From the human T2T-CHM13v2.0 reference genome, Homo sapiens: a stretch of 64,000 nt of DNA. Of this stretch, positions 62,981-64,000 are shown piece after piece. The notes under the pieces are model-generated. The model was not told the origin of the DNA. It saw nothing but the letters and a program-made list of their open reading frames with translations, and did no database searches. The DNA is taken from NCBI RefSeq assembly GCF_009914755.1, contig NC_060945.1; one strand, written 5' to 3'. A program made the position numbers and the translations under genes. Position 1 is the first letter of the stretch; the number at the start of each line of letters is the position of its first letter.

Positions 62981-64000
62981 CTGCCATAAAGAGACAGAAC
63001 CACTGGGCGAGGGACCGTAGGGGGAGCAGCCATGCCCTCTGAGCTCCCACAAGGGGCTGTAGCAAGGAGCATGTCCCAGGCAGGGACCAGTTCTCTGGGA
63101 ACCAAGCTTCTGTTGGGCCAGTGGTTTATAGCCCTTAGCATCAGGCTTGGTGGAGGAGCAGGGTAGGGGGGGTCGGGGCACACAGCAGATGGTCAGAGAC
63201 CCGGGGATGTGAGAAGCAGGTAGTTCCCTCAGGGCCCTTATTCTCAGCTAAAGAGCCTGAGGGCCCAGGAGGTCCCCTGAGCCCTCAGAACCTGTAGGCA
63301 GGAGTGGCTCTGGGCCTGTGTCTCCAACACAAGCAGCTGCACCGCCCCCAAGCCTGGGCATAAGAGGCTCAGACTGTGCAGAAGGACCAAGAGCAAACCT
63401 CAAAGCCCCTCATGTCCCTGCCCCGGTCACAGGCACTGGCCTTTCCTAGGTGCTCATGTGTGTAGCTCACGGCGTCACCGTAAGGCACTCGGCTCCTCGG
63501 ACCCACCCCGTGTGGAAGAGCATAGCTGGGACCACACACCAACCTTCCAAGGACCCACTGGGAGCCCTACTCACACGGACTGTGGCCAGAGCCCTGGCCA
63601 AGGGGTTCTCAGTGGGGAATATGCTCACTTCATCTTGGAAGATTCAGCCAACTCTCCACCAGAAAGTCATCATCAACAGCCCCTACCCTCGACCATGGAT
63701 GAGAGCAAATGCTCCCTGGGCGCCAGCCAGATCTGGATCCTTTGACCATTCCGACAGCAGTGATCGAGGAACAGAAATGCCCAGTGTCTCCCTGACTGGC
63801 TGGGGCATCATCCAGACCAGGCCTCCTGGCTGCAGCCCCTCTCCCAGGCTGTCCTCTGCACAAGGGTCTGTAGCAGTTGCAGGCGGAGGCAGGACAGCCA
63901 TCCTCAAGCTGCGACTCGCGCTACGAACACTCTCTCACACCCAGGCCTTGCGGTGTCCATGGTCTCCCTGGGCAGATCTTGGCCAAGGGTGTGCTTTAGG

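Overview
Human genomic DNA, recognisable as the chr21q22.3 COL6A2/FTCD locus. The + strand holds the complete COL6A2 gene (collagen VI alpha-2). It has a CpG-island/TATA promoter and non-coding exon 1 at ~22.2 kb, coding exons 2-28 from 35611 to 56639 (1019 aa), and two alternative terminal exons giving 918-aa and 828-aa forms. The - strand holds the last four coding exons of FTCD, convergent with COL6A2. The rest is interspersed repeats (L1, Alu, MLT1, MST/THE1, MER4-group and MER52 LTRs, a decayed ERV-L pol) and many minisatellites. There are no prokaryotic features, CRISPR arrays or structural RNA genes. The most unusual observations are: (1) two tandem repeats that copy the authentic 5' splice site many times (COL6A2 introns 2 and 16), with several copies in frame and stop-free; (2) three consecutive in-frame, stop-free introns (22-24), plus intron 17; (3) a telomere-variant hexamer array grown inside an MLT1 remnant in the COL6A2/FTCD gap, where each gene has a G-rich tract on its own sense strand after its poly(A) site; (4) a 43-bp fold-back inside an Alu near exon 5; (5) three evenly spaced AP-1 sites in intron 19. 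These are sequence-level hypotheses. Repeat subfamily names are from recognition by eye, and novelty could not be checked.
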